Part shown: piece by piece, positions 51,601 to 63,400 of the stretch
Position numbering within the stretch: position 1 is the first letter of the stretch
Layout of the letters: every line of letters starts with the position of its first letter
NCBI RefSeq assembly: GCF_963921235.1
Contig: NC_086108.1
Coordinates: 35,466,001-35,530,000 of the forward strand
Source of the DNA: Mobula hypostoma
Lineage: Eukaryota
Length of the DNA stretch: 64,000 bases
Reading direction: 5' to 3'
Notes under the pieces: model-generated
The model's database searches: none
The model's input: the letters and a program-made list of their open reading frames with translations, nothing else
Told to the model about the DNA's origin: nothing
Position numbers and translations under genes: made by a program

Positions 51601-54600
51601 CATTAATCCCCTCACCTCCCATATCAGTTCCTATTTCACTTGGCCATACTGTACGATCCCTTCTTGAGCTTTCTGCTCTGTTGATTCTGCTGTCGTTCTT
51701 AACTTTTCTTATTCTCACTTTCCCTTTATCTCCGTCCTTTATATTTCCAGTTCATTCCCTCCCCCCACTACTTAGTTTAAACACACCCATGTTGCAGAGG
51801 CAAACCTGCCTGCCAGAATGCTGGTGCCCCGCTTATTAAGGTGCAATCCGTCCCTTTGTACAATTCATCCTTACTCCAAAACATATCCCTGTGGTCCAAG
51901 AATGTAAATCCTTGATTCCTGCACCAGTTCCTCAGCTACACATTCAGATCCATTATCTCCCTGTTCTTGCCCACTCCAGCATGGGGAACTGGAAGCAAAC
52001 GGGAGGTAACCACCCTGGAAGTCCTACTTTTCAGCCTTCTTCCGAGTTCTCTGAAGTCGCGCTGTAGAATGTCTTTCCTCTTCTTCCCCACGTCATTTGT
52101 GCCAACATGCACCACCACTTCCGGATGTTCACCTTCACTCTTGAGGATTCCCTGCAATCGGTCTGTGACATCCTGGATCCTGGCACCAGGGAGGCAACAC
52201 ACCATCCTTAAATCTCACCTGTTGCCACAGAAACCCCTTTCTGTACCTCTCACTATGGAGTCCCCTACTACCACGGCTCTGTCTGACGTCTGTCTCCTCG
52301 GCTTTGCCTCAGCGCCAATTGCAGACCCTTCCGCCTCTCAGACTGGCACTGTCTTCTGTCCGGACAGCTTCCAAGAGGGAGAACCTGTTTACATCTCCCG
52401 GGATGTCCTGTACTTCAAGCATCCTTTCCTTGCTCATCGTTGTCCTCCTACTCTCTTCCTGTATCCTGGGTGAAAAGAGATTAACGCAATAGAAAGGAAG
52501 GACATAAGCCGGGAAGATGTGGAATCGATATGGGTAGAGCTGCGTAACACTAAGGGGCAGAAGACGCTGGTGGGAGTTGTGTACAGGCCACCTAACAGTA
52601 GTAGTGAGGTCGGAGATGGTATTAAACAGGAAATTAGAAATGTGTGCAATAAAGGAACAGCAGTTATAATGGGTGACTTCAATCTACATGTAGACTGGGT
52701 GAACCAAATTGGTAAAGGTGCTGAGGAAGAGGATTTCTTGGAATGTATGCGGGATGGTTTTTTGAACCAACATGTCGAGGAACCGACTAGAGAGCAGGCT
52801 ATTCTGGACTGGGTTTTGAGCAATGAGGAAGGGTTAATTAGCGATCTTGTCGTGAGAGGCCCCTTGGGTAAGAGTGACCATAATATGGTGGAATTCTTCA
52901 TTAACATGGAGAGTGACGTAGTTAATTCAGAAACAAAGGTTCTGAACTTAAAGAGGGGTAACTTTGAAGGTATGAGACGTGAATTAGCTAAGATAGACTG
53001 GCAAATGACACTTCAAGGATTGACGGTGGATATGCAATGGCAGGCATTTAAAGGTTGCATGGATGAACTACAACAATTGTTCATCCCAGTTTGGCAAAAG
53101 AATAAATCAAGGAAGGTAGTGCACCCGTGGCTGACAAGAGAAATTAGGGATAGTATCAATTCCAAAGAAGTAGCATACAAATTAGCCAGAGAAAGTGGCT
53201 CACCTGAGGACTGGGAGAAATTCAGAGTTCAGCAGAGGAGGACAAAGGGCTTAATTAGGAAGGGGAAAAAAGATTATGAGAGAAAACTGGCAGAGAACAT
53301 AAAAACGGACTGTAAAAGCTTTTATAGATATGTAAAAAGGAAAAGACTGATAAAGACAAATGTAGGTCCCCTGCAAACAGAAACAGGTGAATTGATTATG
53401 GGGAGCAAGGACATGGCAGACCAATTGAATAATTACTTTGGTTCTGTCTTCACTAAGGAGGACATAAATAATCTTCCAGAAATAGTAAGGGACAGAGGGT
53501 CCAGTGAGATGGAGGAACTGAGCGAAATACATGTTAGTAGGGAAGTGGTGTTAGGTAAATTGAAGGGATTGAAGGCAGATAAATCCCCAGGGCCAGATGG
53601 TCTGCATCCCAGAGTGCTTAAGGAAGTGGCCCAAGAAATAGTGGACGCATTAGTGATAATTTTTCAAAACTCGTTAGATTCTGGACTAGTTCCTGAGGAT
53701 TGGAGGGTGGCTAATGTAACCCCACTTTTTAAAAAAGGAGGGAGAGAGAAACCGGGGAATTATAGGCCGGTTAGCCTAACGTCGGTGGTGGGGAAACTGC
53801 TGGAGTCAGTTATCAAAGATGTGATAACAGCACATTTGGAAAGCGGTGAAATGATCGGACAAAGTCAGCATGGATTTGTGAAAGGAAAATCATGTCTGAC
53901 GAGTCTCATAGAATTTTTTGAGGATGTAACTAGTAGAGTGGATAGGGGAGAACCAGTGGATGTGGTATATTTGGATTTTCAAAAGGCTTTTGACAAGGTC
54001 CCACACAGGAGATTAGTGTGCAAACTTAAAGCACACGGTATTGGGGGTAAGGTATTGGTGTGGGTGGAGAATTGGTTAGCAGACAGGAAGCAAAGAGTGG
54101 GAATAAACGGGACCTTTTCAGAATGGCAGGCGGTGACTAGTGGGGTACCGCAAGGCTCAGTGCTGGGACCCCAGTTGTTTACAATATATATTAATGACTT
54201 GGATGAGGGAATTAAATGCAGCATCTCCAAGTTTGCGGATGACACAAAGCTGGGTGGCAGTGTTAGCAGTGAGGAGGATGCTAAGAGGATGCAGGGTGAC
54301 TTGGATAGGTTGGGTGAGTGGGCAAACTCATGGCAGATGCAATTTAATGTGGATAAATGTGAAGTTATCCACTTTGGTGGCAAAAATAGGAAAACAGATT
54401 ATTATCTGAATGGTGGCCGATTAGGAAAAGGGGAGGTGCAACGAGACCTGGGTGTCATTATACACCAGTCATTGAAAGTGGGCATGCAGGTACAGCAGGC
54501 GGTGAAAAAGGCGAACGGTATGCTGGCATTTATAGCGAGAGGATTCGAGTACAGGAGCAGGGAGGTACTACTGCAGTTGTACAAGGCCTTGGTGAGACCA

Positions 54601-55660
54601 CACCTGGAGTATTGTGTGCAGTTTTGGTCCCCTAATCTGAGGAAAGACATCTTTGCCATAGAGGGAGTACAAAGAAGGTTCACCAGATTGATTCCTGGGA
54701 TGGCAGGTCTTTCATATGAAGAAAGACTGGATGAACTGGGCTTGTACTCGTTGGAATTTAGAAGATTAAGGGGGGATCTGATTGAAACGTATAAGATCCT
54801 AAAGGGATTGGACAGGCTAGATGCGGGAAGATTGTTCCCGATGTTGGGGAGGTCCAGAACGAGGGGTCACAGTTTGAGGATAGAGGGGAAGCCTTTTAGG
54901 ACCGAGATTAGGAAAAACTTCTTCACACAGAGAGTGGTGAATCTGTGGAATTCTCTGCCACAGCAAACTGTTGAGGCCAGTTCATTAGCTATGTTTAAAA
55001 GGAAGTTAGATATGACCCTTGTGGCTACAGGGGTCAGGGGGTATGGAGGGAAGGCTGGGTTCTGAGTTGGATGATCAGCCATGATCATAATAAATGGCGG
55101 TGCAGGCTCGAAGGGCCGAATGGCCTACTCCTGCACCTATTTTCTATGTTTCTATGTTTCTATGACCTCACTGTAGGTCCTGTCCAGAAAACTCTCGTCC
55201 TCCTGGATTAACCTAACGTCATCCAGTTGCCTCTCCAGTGCTGCAACACGGTCCCTCTGAAGCTGAAACTGGACACATTTTCCGCAGGTGTAGGATCCAG
55301 AGGCACCATCAGTGTCCCTGACCTCCCACATCATGCACGCAGCACACTGAATCAGCCCAGCGGTCATCTCTTCTCCAACTGTGGCGTAGTCTCCACTCTC
55401 AGCCTCCTCGCCGAAGACTCCTGAGCCAAAGACTCGCACTTATCTCACAAGGCACTTCCCTCAACAAGGCCGCTCCCCTAGAGCGAGCTTTGCTTATATT
55501 CGCTGATAATTTCAGTAATTAGCTTCACCTGCCTCGCCTCCTTCGACCTGGAAGGTCTGGTTAGCTCGCTGCTTACAACCGGCTTTTTAAACCAGCCGCT
55601 CCTTCTCAGCCAATCCCCGCACTCACTCCTTCACCTGCCTCGCCTCCTCCGACCTCAAGG
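48698..55660 (-). mobile_element. Near-full-length CR1 LINE (ORF1+ORF2, disrupted), interrupted by family A copy 4
   Basis: 5'UTR ~55440-55660. ORF1 CAACMMWE...CGKC + coiled coil, then esterase-like VCCLPGARIQDV...HVGTND. ORF2 APE/RT pieces 48787-51718. (CTATTGT)n tail. Confidence 0.93.
52472..55163 (+). mobile_element. CR1 LINE family A, copy 4 (5'-truncated, open ORF2 remainder)
   Basis: Uninterrupted 848-aa ORF 52519-55065, (TTTCTATG)n tail. Confidence 0.97.
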
Positions 55661-56651
55661 GAGGTGTCATCTGCCTTTAAAATACCGCCTCTTCTTTGGT
55701 ATGTACTTATCCTGTGCCTTCCAAATTGCTTCCAGAATCTGAAATCTGAAATAATAACAAGGCAGCCTACAGAGAAGAGGTCATCACCCTGACACAGAAA
55801 ACAACCTCACCCTCAATGTTGCAAAAACAAAGGAGCTGGTTGTGGACTACAGGAGGAATGGAGACAGGCTAACCCCTATTGACATCAATAGATCTGGGGC
55901 TGAGGGTGAACATCTTTAAGTTCCTCGCCATACAAATCACCGAGGATGTCACGTGGACTGTACATACCAGCTGTGTGGGAAAAAAAGCACATCAGTGCCT
56001 CTTTCACCTCAGATAGTCTGAAGAAGTTCGGCTTGAGTCCCCAAATCCTAACTGTACTGTATAGCCTACAGTATAATAAGGGACTACTTTATGTTTTAGT
56101 AATATGTCATTGAATGCGCTATTAGGCGCATATTGAGCATGCGCTATTAGATGCGTATTGATCTGTACGTGTGTGCCGAGTTCAGTTTCTGCCAGTAAAG
56201 AACAATGAAACTTAGCTCCCGTCTCCAGCGTTTTTATTAATAGTATTGTGGTGTAACCAGGCCACATACACAACAAATTGGCAACGAGGTTAATGAACCT
56301 ACATCATATCGGAACGCCGTGTTTTAATTGATAACGACACTCGGAGGAAGAGTGCAAGGAACGAGCCAAGGAGCGGGAGAAGGAGGTAGAGTGAGGCCGT
56401 GAGTCTGAAAGGAAGCGGGAGCACAGCCGGGGTCGGGAACGTCGGGAGACCGAGACACAGCACATCCAGCCGAGACCACAGCCGGTGCTGACCCCCAGGG
56501 ACTGAGGGTCTGCCTGCCCCAGAAGGGAGATAAAAAGGAGTGACACTCACACATCTAGACGGAGTGCTCTCGTGGCACTAGCAAAAAGGTCATATGAGTC
56601 AAAAAGAAAACAAGGGGAAAACAGGGCTAAATTAACATAACAAAGATTGCA

Positions 56652-57420
56652 ATGATTGGAACCATTATAGCATTTGATAGCGGCATTGAAGACTGGGCAA
56701 CCTAAATTGAAAGAGTGGAGTTATATTGTGAGGCTAACAGTGTCAAGGATGAAAAGAAAACCAGCGTCTTACTCAGTATTATGGGAGCAAAAACATACGG
56801 CCTTCTACGGAGCTTGTTAACCCCTGAAAAGCCAACTGACAAAACATACAAGCAAATAGTAGACACTCTCCAACAGCATTTAAACCCCAAACCACTGGTC
56901 ATTGCTGAAAGATTTAAATTTCACAATCGGAATCAGAGCAAAAATGAAAGCATTTCTGAATATTGTGCTGAATTGCACAAATTATCAGAACATTGTCAAT
57001 TTGGAGCTGGTCTATCGGACGAGTTCAGGGATAGGTTAGTGTGTGGCACGCACTGTGAAACCACACAAAAGAAGCTTCTGTGTGAAAGAGACCTCACATT
57101 CGAGAAAGCGCTAAACATTGCAATATCAATGGAAACAGCAGCACGGGGTGCTTCTGAGATACAATAAAAATCTCTAGAATATGCCACAAATAAAATGTCA
57201 CTGAACAGAAATGAAGGAAAGAAGTGTTACCGTTGTGGGAACAGGTCACATGACCCTGATGAGAGTGCATCCCAAAGGCAAAATTAAAGTGACAGTGTCC
57301 TACGAAGACAAAACACAGCAGCTGAACCTCTATGTACTGAAAAATGGAGGACCACAGTTGCTGGGATGTGAATGGCTCAGAAAAATCCAGTTGGATTGGC
57401 ACACCATCAATGCACTAGAT
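56652..57420 (+). pseudogene. Gypsy gag (with stops, truncated Zn knuckle) plus C-terminal protease remnant
   Basis: MIGTIIAFDSGIEDWAT*IERVELYCEAN...HLNPKPLVIAERFKFHNRNQ...RDRLVCG...CYRCGNRSH, then frameshift to PKGKIKVTVSY...GGPQLLGCEWLRKIQLDW. Confidence 0.85.
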
Positions 57421-58603
57421 CAGGGGTCCCTAACCTTCTTCGCACGGCGGACTGGTTTCATATTGACGATATTCTTGCGGACCGGCCGACCGGGGGGGGG
57501 TGTGGGGGGGGAGGTGTAGGGTTGCCAAAGGACGAGAGTAGCAGTCAAATACACTGGGTTTACCCCGAGAAAGACTACAATGACCATGAAGCCTCGCGCG
57601 GGCACCAGTGCGCATGCGTGTACGGTTGTTTTCTACAAATCATTTTTGGCGATTCTGTTCGGGGGGGGAGGGGGGTCTTAATCACGACTGGAATATCGGT
57701 GATAAGTGGCTAATACACTCAATTTCCTTTCTAAAAGGGTTTATCTAACGAATTTAATATTAAACACACAGCGCATATTTTCCTCGCATGAATGTACTGA
57801 TAAGTCAATTGTCAGGGGAGCTTGAAGTAAGTTTTGAACGAACTTCCAGTAGAAGTGGTAGAGGCAGGTTCGATATTATCATTTAAAGAAAAATTGGATA
57901 GCTATATGGACAGGAAAGAAATGGTGGGTTATGGGCTGAGTGCAGGTCGGTGGGACTAGGTGAGAGTAGCGTTCGGCACGGACTAGAAGGGCTGAGATGG
58001 CCTGTTTCCATGCTGTAATTGTTAAATGGTTTTATAAGTCAATAGCATCATAACATTTTAAGTAACGTTTGGATAATAAACACGCAGCACATATTTTCCC
58101 CGTGTGAACATATAAAATCATTGCAACACACCAATATCACTGAATCAGTGGGAGCCCTGGGCTTGCTTCCCTGCAACAAGACGGTCCGATCGAGGGGTGA
58201 TTGGAGACAGCGATACTCGAAGAGGGTTCCTTATGTCCAGTCTATTCCACAATTTGGTTTTCATTTCATTCATTGCAGAGATATGTTGGAAATGGAAGCA
58301 ACGTTTTCAGTGCCTTCGTGGCTTTCTCAGGATATTTAGCCTTGACTTTAAGATCCAGAATGCCAGCAGAGATGTTATGTCAAACAGACTTCCCAGCCCG
58401 CCGTCATTTGCAAGCTCGAGGAGTTGATCTCCTTCCCGCGCTGACATGGATGACGCGCGGGTAATGACCTCGTATGCGTAATGGCTCAACAGTGGGCATG
58501 ACCAGGAATGAGGAAAGGTGCAGCTGACTCCTATCGCCAAATCATATCGCTTCCTCATGGCCCGGTAGCACATGCTTTGCAGCCCAGTGGTTGGGGACCG
58601 CTG
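57421..58603 (-). mobile_element. hAT/Charlie deletion derivative with transposase C-terminal remnant
   Basis: TIRs CAGGGGTCCCTAACC / GGTTGGGGACCGCTG, 8-bp TSD CACTAGAT/TACTAGAT. Minus-strand DQLLELANDGGL...AFWI...NRLDIRNPLRVSLSPITPR..AGKQAQGSH* (~58145-58440). Confidence 0.88.
57810..58033 (+). mobile_element. Short CR1 3' end inside the hAT element
   Basis: gaagtggtagaggcagg...catttaaagaaaaattggatag...ggcctgtttccatgctgtaa, flanked by ATAAGTCAAT (57800-57809 / 58034-58043). Confidence 0.75.
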
Positions 58604-58644
58604 TACTAGATGTGTCGACAAAGGAGGGCAGCTCGGTGGGGGAG

Positions 58645-59579
58645 ATGTCCACAGCTCTCCTCTCACCCATTGTCGACTATTACAATGATGAGGAGGAGCT
58701 AGACGGTGTCGACGATGAGACGAATGCAGTATCCGTGGCTGCGACTCGGATGAAGATACAAAGGATGCAAGGGAGACAGATATTGTCAATAAGCAGGATG
58801 ATGAGGACTACCTGGAAGTAAAAGAGCAGATGTACCAGGAGAAATTGACATCTCTCAGAAGACAGCTACAGCAATTACAGGAAGGCACTTTGCAGGAGTA
58901 TCAGAAAAGGATGAAGAAACTAGATCAACAATACAAGGGAAGAATAAGAAATGCAGAGCTTTTTCTGCAACTGGAGACAGAATAAGTGGAAAGGAATTGC
59001 ATTAAAGAGAAGAAAGCAACAGTGAAGGAATTTGAAGATAAAAAGATTGAGTTTGAAGAAAAGAAAAAGATGATTGAGAATGAGAGGCTAACAATGGAAC
59101 TCACAGGAGATTCGATGGAGGTAAAGCCAATAATGACTAGGAAACTAAGGAAGAGATCTAATGACCCTGCTCCAATTACAAACAAAAGACGAAAACCTGC
59201 ACCTGTGCAGTTAAATTACTTGTTATTAGATGAACAGATAATGGAAGATCTGTGAACTCTCAATAAGCTTAAATCTCCGAAAAGACCAGCATCTCCATCT
59301 TCTCCTGAGCATCTTCCCAGTTCTCCTGCTGAATCACCAGCACAAAGATATGAAGCACAAATAGAAGATGGAAAGTTATATTACGATAAGAGATGGTATC
59401 ATAAAGGTCAGGCTATCTATTTGGAATTTAAGGAGCATACAACGATTGGCTGTGTAATTAGCTCAGTTGGAACAAATGAGATACGGTTAAGGAAGACAAG
59501 TGATAGCACAAAGGTGCGTATATATCTAGGACAGCTACACAGAGGAGTCTTCATTATACCAAGGTTATCTGCTACCTAG
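58645..59579 (+). pseudogene. SUDS3: Processed (intronless) pseudogene of Sin3 HDAC corepressor component SDS3
   Basis: MSTALLSPIVDYYNDEEELD...KEQMYQEKL...[19 protein letters not shown]...[21 protein letters not shown]...[16 protein letters not shown]...[15 protein letters not shown]...[17 protein letters not shown]. Frameshift at ~58720, stops at 58983 and 59253. Confidence 0.95.
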
Positions 59580-60439
59580 AATTCTTAGCAAGTTGGAGGT
59601 GGAATTCTTAACTCACTATGCTCAGAGGTCAACTTTTAACGACTTTTATATGGAAATCTGTATTAAAACAAACAAGTTTATTGACAGACATTACCCAGAG
59701 AGACAAAGAAGGCCCCCCCCCCTCCGCCAGAGACCTGAGTTATAAATGGGTCTTAGACCAAAAGTAAAAAAAAGGCTTGTTATAATTTGACATATTACGT
59801 TACACTGTTATAATTTGATATTATTAAGTTACTAAGTAAACAAATATTAGGCATTTGTATGTTAAGGGTAAACATATTTATTTGTTTAGAATATACACTA
59901 TTAAAATAAAAGGGGAGGAGTGTACCGTATAGTAAGGGACTAGTTTATGTTTTTGCAATATGTCATTGAGTGCGCTATTAGGCACATATTGATCTGTACG
60001 TGTGTGCCAAGTTCGGTTTCTGCCAGTAAAGAACTATGAACTTAGCTCCCGTCTCCAGCAGTTTTATTAATAGTATTGTTGTGTAACCAGGCCATATACA
60101 CAACACTAATGACTATCTACAGGGGCACAATTGAGAGCATCCTGACTATCTGTATCACTGCCTGGTATGGGAAATGCACTTCTCACAATCACAGGACTCT
60201 GCAGAGAGTGGTGCAGATAGCACAGCGTAATTGTAGATGTGAAATTCCCAATATTCAGGACATCTGCAGAAACAGGTGCACAAAAAGGGACCATAGGATA
60301 ATTGGGGACCCGAGTCACCACAACCACAAACTGTTCCAGCTGCTACCAATTGGGAAACGGCACCTCAATGTAAAAGCCAGGACCAACAGGCTCTGGGACA
60401 GCATCTTCCACCAGGCCATCAGACTGAAGCAAGTTTCAG

Positions 60440-63400
60440 TCGAAGCAAGCAGCTGAGAAGAAGGGAGTGAAGAAATCGGGTAGAAAAAGTCTTTTTTTTA
60501 AACACTGCTCGGGGAGAAGGGTCTGCACTGCACAGGCGTGTGATGTAGCACGCCAAGGTTTAAAAGCAGACCACCATATACAGCGGCCATCGTTGTAGCC
60601 GCCATCGTCGGAGTGGACTGAGTCAGAGTGGGATGGCTTTGGTTCAACAGACTTCGGCGAGAACAGGCAGAGGCCAAGGTTGGTTCCTGTAAGTTTTTTG
60701 TTTAGATTGTTTAGAGTAGAGAGAATGCCAGGCAGGATGTTGGAATGCTCCTCTTGCAGGATGTGGGAAGTCAGGGAGCCCTCCGGTGTCCCTGCCAATG
60801 ACACCTGCAAGAAGTGCATCCAGCTGCAGCTCCTGACAAACCGCGTTAGGGAACTGGAGCAGGAGCTGCATGACCTGCGGATCATTCGGGAGAATGAGGT
60901 GTTTATAGATAGTAGCTTCAGGGAGGTAGTTATGCCAAAGGAGCAGCGCACAGGCAATTGGGTTACTGTCAGGCGAGGGAAGGGGAAAGGGCAGGCAGAG
61001 CAGGGTTCCCCTGTGGCCATTCCCCTCAACAACAAGTATACCGCATTGGATACTGTTGGGGGGGATGACTTACCTGGGACAAGCTGTAGTAGCCGGATCT
61101 CTGGCACTGAGTCTGGCTCTGCAGTGCAGAAGGGAGGGGGGAGAAAGAGGAGAGCGGTAGTGATAGGGGACTCGATAGTTAGAGGTGCAGATAGGAGGTT
61201 CTGTGGTCGTGACAGAGAATCCAGGATAGTTTGTTGCCTCCCGGGTGCCAGGGTCAAGGATGTCTCTGAATCGCTTGCATGACATTCTGAAGTGGGAGGG
61301 TGACCAGTCAGATGTCGTGGTGCACGTCGGTACCAATGACACAGCAAGGAAGAGTGAGGAGGTCCTGGAGAGTGAGTGTAGAGAGCTTGGTAGGAAGTTG
61401 AAAAGCAGGACCTCAAGGGTGGTAACCTCAGGATTGCTACCCGTGCCACGTGCCAGTGAGGGTAAGAATAGGATGCTCTGGGGGATGAACAAGTGGCTGA
61501 GGAACTGGTGTAGGAGGCAGGGTTTCAGATTTCAGGATCATTGGGACCTCTTCTGGGGCAGGTGGGACCTGTACAAGAGAGACGGGTTACACTTGAACTA
61601 CAGGGAGACCAATATCCTTTCAAGGAGGCTTGTTAGTGCTATTGGAGAGGCTTTAAACTAGATTTGCAGGGGGATGGGAACCAGAGTGCCAGAGCTGACA
61701 GTGTGGGTGGGGTGAAAATAAATGATGTTAAAAGTTCAAACAAATCCGCTAATAGAAAGGTTGTGAGTGGTGGTAAAAATCTTCTGAGGTGTATATATTT
61801 CAATGCTAGGAGTATTGCGGGGAAGGCAGATGAGTTGAGGGCGGGGATTGACACTTGGAATTATGACGTTATAGCATTAGTGAAACGTGGCTGCAGGAGG
61901 GGCAGGACTGGCAGCTTAATATTCCAGGGTTCCAATGTTTCAGATGTGATCGAGGCAGAGGAATGAAAAGTGGGGGAGTAGCATTGCTTGTTAGGGAAAA
62001 TACTACAGCAGTGCTCAGGCAGGACAGATTAGAGGGCTTGTCTACTGAGTCCTTATGGGTGGAGTTGAGAAACAGGAAAGGTATGGCCACATTAGTGGGA
62101 TTGTATTACAGACCACCCAATAGTCAACGAGATTTGGAAGAGCAAATCTGCAGAGAGATAGCAGGCAACTGCAGGAAACATAAAGTTGTGGTGGTAGGGG
62201 ATTTTAATTTTCCATATATTGATTGGGACTCCCATACTGTTAGGGGTCTAGATGGTTTAGAGTTTGTAAAATGTGTTCAGGAAAGTTTTCTAAATCAGTA
62301 TATAGAGGGACCAACTAGAGGGGATGCAATATTGGATCTCCTGTTAGGAAACGAGTTAGGACAAGTAATGGAAGTCTGTGTAGGGGAGCAATTTGGTTCC
62401 AGTGATCATAACACCATTAGTTTCAACTTGATCATGGACAAGGATAGATCTGGTCCTAGGGTTGAGGTTCTGAACTGGAAGAAGGCCAAATTTGAAGAAA
62501 TGAGAAAAGATCTAAAAAGTGTGGATTGGGACAGGATGTTCTCTGGCAAAGATGTGATCAGTAGGTGGGAAGCCTTCAAAGGAGAAATTCTGAGAGTGCA
62601 GAGTTTGTATGTTCCTGTCAGGATTAAAGGCAAAGTGAATAGGAATAAGGAACCTTGGTTCTCAAGGGATATTGCAACTCTGATAAAGAAACGGAGGGAG
62701 CTATATGACATCTATAGGAAACAGGGAGTAAATAAGGTGCTTGAGGAGTATAAGAAGAGCAAGAAAATACTTAAGAAAGAAATCAGAAGGGCTAAAAGAA
62801 GACATGAGGTTGCCTTGGCAGTCAAAGTGAAGGATAATCCAAAGAGCTTTTACAGGTATATTAAGAGCAAAAGGATTGTAAGGGATAAAATTGGTCCTCT
62901 TGAAGATCAGAGTGGTCGGCTATGTGCGGAACCAAAGGAATTGGGGGAGATCTTAAATAGGTTTTTTGCGTCTGTATTTACTAAGGAAACTGGCATGAAG
63001 TCTATGGAATTGAGGGAATCAAGTAGTGAGATCATGGAAACTGTACAGACTGAAAAGGAGGAGGTGCTTGCCACTTTGAGGAAAATTAAAGTGGATAAAT
63101 CTCCGGGACCTGACAGAGTGTTCCCTCGGACCTTGAAGGAGACTAGTGTTGAAATTGCAGAGGCCCTAGCAGAAATATTTAAAATGTTGCTGTCTACAGG
63201 TGAGGTGCCGGAGGATTGGAGAGTGGCTCATGTTGTTCCGTTGTTTAAAAAAGGATCGAAAAGTAAACTGGGAAATTATAGGCCGGTAAGTTTAACGTCG
63301 GTAGTAAGTAAATTATTGGAGGGAGTACTAAGAGACAGAATCTACAAGCATTTGGATAGACAGGGACTTATTAGGGAGAGTCAACATGGCTTTGTGCGTG

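Larger units (their letters stand above)
56053..60105 (+). mobile_element. Defective Gypsy LTR retrotransposon carrying a SUDS3 retrocopy
   Basis: LTRs 56053-56275 and 59921-60105 (TGT...ACA), TSD CTAAC/CTAAT, PBS TGGCAACGAGG 56279-56289, PPT AAAAGGGGAGGAG 59908-59920, gag and protease remnants. Confidence 0.92.
55748..60430 (+). mobile_element. Rex1/Babar LINE fragment (55748-56052 + 60106-60430) hosting the Gypsy element
   Basis: NLTLNVAKTKELVVDYRR... then YRGTIESILTICITAWYG. Collinear across the insertion. Confidence 0.8.

Noticed and set aside
58591..59255. SUDS3 pieces as a functional gene
   Set aside because: Frameshift and two premature stops, so it is a pseudogene in this copy.
59760..59773. 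A-rich run as the poly(A) tail of the SUDS3 retrocopy
   Set aside because: It lies downstream of the pol-tail-like RHYPERQRRPP segment, so it more likely belongs to the element's 3' UTR. No matching TSD.
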